A stretch of 64,000 nucleotides of DNA from assembly GCA_963663765.2 (NCBI GenBank), contig CAXXUA010000005.1:32001-96000 (forward strand). Reading direction: 5' to 3'. The notes under the pieces were generated by a model, which saw nothing but the letters and a program-made list of their open reading frames with translations, ran no database searches and was not told the DNA's origin. Below, piece after piece: positions 61,390 through 64,000 of this stretch (the first letter of the stretch is position 1; each line of letters begins with the position of its first letter). Position numbers and translations under genes: made by a program. This DNA comes from Candidatus Poribacteria bacterium (lineage in GTDB: Bacteria; Poribacteria; WGA-4E; WGA-3G).

Positions 61390-61404
61390 CGTGCATATCA
61401 CCAC

Positions 61405-62196
61405 CTATGCAGCATCCTTGGCACACCGAAACCCATAAGTTGCAAAGCGGAGAAAAGGTTTATCATAGTATAGGTAATCCGATTCAAAGTGTCTCCGCAG
61501 AGACATCCATCCGCCGCCACGTAGAATCTTTTGCGGTCCCGGTTTGGTGCCGGTCGGTTCTGCTTCTAACCGAAAATCCTTACCTTCATAAGCGTCCGCG
61601 CACCACTGCCACACATTCCCAACAAGATCATAAACGCCTGTAGGACTGACGTTCTTCTCGCGGGTTCCAACAGCGTAAGGTGCTAAGCGCGAACGATAAT
61701 CAATTACCTCAAAATCAAATTCATCTCCCCAAGGATAGCGTTGCTTCGTATCACCTTGGCAGGCGAGGGTCCACTCCGCTGCAGTCGGCAGTCGTGCCCC
61801 CCGCCAATTCGCATAAGCCTCCGCCTCATACCAACTCACACCCGTCACAGGTAGTGCTTCACGATTTAAATACTTTTCACTATATGTTGACGTACACCAG
61901 AACTCATATTTTTCCAGGAATTTGCGTCCTTCTTCTGACCAATACTTTTTCTTCTTGTAGCCACCATCTTCAATAAACTCATTATACTGTTGATATGTGA
62001 CGAGGTGTTTATCAAGGTGGAATGGGGCGACAGTCACTGTTTCCCCAGTGCCAAAGGGGTCTACCGTGCCGCCTTCTATCTTTATCATTTCAGGTTGTTC
62101 CTTTTGTTGTGTCTGTTCATCTTGCTGCGGTCCAGGGAGTTCACAGGAAATAAAAATACTAAGTATTACAAGTTGTATCCATAAGATATTCTTCAT
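61405..62196 (-). CDS. FGE-sulfatase (SUMF1) domain lipoprotein
   Basis: PVTGVSWYEA.AY..W.G.RLPT.AEW, DLVGNVWQW, RGGGW, GFRC. Confidence 0.92.
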   Translation of the reverse strand: MKNILWIQLVILSIFISCELPGPQQDEQTQQKEQPEMIKIEGGTVDPFGTGETVTVAPFHLDKHLVTYQQYNEFIEDGGYKKKKYWSEEGRKFLEKYEFWCTSTYSEKYLNREALPVTGVSWYEAEAYANWRGARLPTAAEWTLACQGDTKQRYPWGDEFDFEVIDYRSRLAPYAVGTREKNVSPTGVYDLVGNVWQWCADAYEGKDFRLEAEPTGTKPGPQKILRGGGWMSLRRHFESDYLYYDKPFLRFATYGFRCAKDAA

Positions 62197-63215
62197 GGGA
62201 TTACTACCTTAACGGGGATCGTTATCTCTGGTACATCCGGATGGGTTGTGAATATCTGGATCGTTCCCTCAATAAGTCCAGATGATGGACCGTCGGTCTT
62301 CGGTGTGATAGCAAGTGCCACCTCATGTGCCGTTTGCGGTTCCTTCGAAAGGGACGCAGTTACCGAAAAATTATCTGCAGTTATCTTTTTCAAAGCGAAG
62401 GGGCGGTTGCTATCTGTCCTGATTTGAACCTTCTTCTGCACGCTTTTACCTGAGCCATCCAAAACACCCAGAAACAGGTTCTGTGGTAACACCACAATCC
62501 CACCTAACACGCGACCGCGGAATTCAATTGACATTTCCAAATCATTTGAATCGGTTCCAGGGAGTACTTCTTGTGCTTGTGCGGTAATCGTTAGCGACTC
62601 ACTATATAAGCCTACATTGTTCAAGTTTAAAACTGCTTCACATTCCAAACTCTTGCCTGCAGGTATGATCTTTTTCGATAACGTGACAGCGATGTTTTTG
62701 TTGCTCACCGTGTGCTTGGCTATCTCAACGGCGTTCTTCAAGTTATTTGTAAACTTTATCTTTTTAGAAACAAGTGTTCCTTTTTCAAGTTGCCCTAATT
62801 CAATTTTATTGGGATATGCCACAGGAGGTAGAATAACTCCTGAAACTTGTAATTGCACCATTGGAATAGAAGGATCATTGGTGTAGACGAAGACGTACTG
62901 ACGAAAACCTCCGACATCTCTTTCAACCGCTACCCGAATTTCACCTTTATCCCCTGGTGTTATCTTATCTGAAGAGGTGTTCGTCGCAACGCATCCACAA
63001 TCTGAGTCTATCTTTTGAATGTGTAGTGGGGCATTGCCTTCGTTGGTAAAAGAGAAGGTCGTAGTTATCTTCGAACCGACAATGAAAGGTTCTGCGAATT
63101 TATGCGTTTCTTTTGAAAACACAATTTTAGAGGCGCGATTAGAAGTGCAACCCTGCAACAATTGAAAACTACCAAACATCGTTAAAAACATTAGAAATAT
63201 AGAAAAGTAATACAT
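62193..63215 (-). CDS. DUF1573 Ig-like domain lipoprotein
   Basis: FSFTNEGNAPL.I....SDCGC, I.PG..GEI, V.TNDP. Confidence 0.85.
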   Translation of the reverse strand: MYYFSIFLMFLTMFGSFQLLQGCTSNRASKIVFSKETHKFAEPFIVGSKITTTFSFTNEGNAPLHIQKIDSDCGCVATNTSSDKITPGDKGEIRVAVERDVGGFRQYVFVYTNDPSIPMVQLQVSGVILPPVAYPNKIELGQLEKGTLVSKKIKFTNNLKNAVEIAKHTVSNKNIAVTLSKKIIPAGKSLECEAVLNLNNVGLYSESLTITAQAQEVLPGTDSNDLEMSIEFRGRVLGGIVVLPQNLFLGVLDGSGKSVQKKVQIRTDSNRPFALKKITADNFSVTASLSKEPQTAHEVALAITPKTDGPSSGLIEGTIQIFTTHPDVPEITIPVKVVIP

Positions 63216-63358
63216 ATATGAATCCCTTATTCCAGCAGTCAAACTTGTTCTGCTAAATACTTAAAAGAAAACTTGGTGCCTACTGCAGCAAAACATATCA
63301 TAACTCACCGATCAAGCATTGCAGATTAGAAAACTAAAAATTAGAATAGAAAAACGTT

Positions 63359-64000
63359 TCATTTTGTTGTTTCGTTATCTATCTCCTTCTTCGGAATTTC
63401 ATCACGAATCCACTTCTGTCCGCCTCCATCATCGTTAAGTTCTGACTTATCCCAATCGAAGAAATCGATAGGAAGTCCAAGATTGAAGTCCATTTCTTTG
63501 ATCACCATTATGGTACGCCTTCGCTTAAAACCATCTCTACCGCGAAACTCGTGCATCTCACGGACTTTGGGGACGGTGATATTTAAACTGTCAACACGCT
63601 CAAAATCGCTATATATACTTACTAAACGTAACCAATATCCCTCCGCATCCGCATGAGGTGAGTCACTCTTATAATATAACTCTTCACGAGTTACCTCTGG
63701 TAAACCAGACTCAATCTTGACATATAATTTTATTTTTATCTTTTCACCATACAGATAAGTTATGAGATAGATAGGTTCATCAATATTTTCTTCTAATAGA
63801 TGGACTTTGGATTCTGTTACATTAATAAGGTAAGTAGGCAGTATCTTTATCGCCGTAATCACCTCGGGCAAAGTAGGAATGTCACGTATTATAAAGGTAC
63901 CAATTGGAGCATTATTTTTAACTTGTGCTGGTAGGATTTCCTTAAGGGTTACAGTGCCATTTGATGTGAAAAAGGATTGACCACCGCCATTAAAGAAACG
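63359..64000 (-). CDS. Hypothetical protein, 5'-truncated by the window edge
   Basis: Frame stays open from 63871 to 64000. Confidence 0.7.
   Translation of the reverse strand, partial: RFFNGGGQSFFTSNGTVTLKEILPAQVKNNAPIGTFIIRDIPTLPEVITAIKILPTYLINVTESKVHLLEENIDEPIYLITYLYGEKIKIKLYVKIESGLPEVTREELYYKSDSPHADAEGYWLRLVSIYSDFERVDSLNITVPKVREMHEFRGRDGFKRRRTIMVIKEMDFNLGLPIDFFDWDKSELNDDGGGQKWIRDEIPKKEIDNETTK

Noticed and set aside
61405-62196. DGR target (FGE/CLec-fold protein)
   Set aside because: No reverse transcriptase and no template repeat of its 3' end seen in the window.

Overview
Bacterial chromosomal window. The protein families point to Candidatus Poribacteria or a relative; this is an inference from IPDANL-capped LRR blocks, WD40 proteins, a VNILDLV dockerin remnant, C-terminal W-x-x-LK tails and Uma2 paralogs. 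Housekeeping genes: glnD-like, trmB, uvrC, iscS/nifS, thrS, smpB plus tmRNA. Envelope and secreted genes: two metzincin-cadherin-lamin-tail paralogs, a WD40 protein, a 1345-aa YCF48/BNR protein, an LpoB-like lipoprotein pair, YibE/F, YceI, a flotillin/NfeD-like operon, an AlgI/AlgJ/AlgX-like O-acetylation cluster and a GldA/F/G-like ABC operon. Also present are a three-gene restriction-modification-like locus and a decayed prophage fragment in which the terminase N-terminus is fused to a probable portal fragment. The most striking unannotated structure is non-coding: (1) eight copies of a ~122-bp MITE (TIR CAGGACTTACGCA, 5-bp TSDs), each carrying a GTAG-type REP palindrome; (2) a 46-bp tandem array of that same palindrome; (3) an intact ISAs1 inserted into the end of a MITE of its own family, with both TSDs readable; (4) a ~340-bp promoter-driven element resembling an orphan TnpB omega-RNA cassette. 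No CRISPR array, rRNA or tRNA was recognised. All calls come from reading the sequence by eye; no database searches were run.
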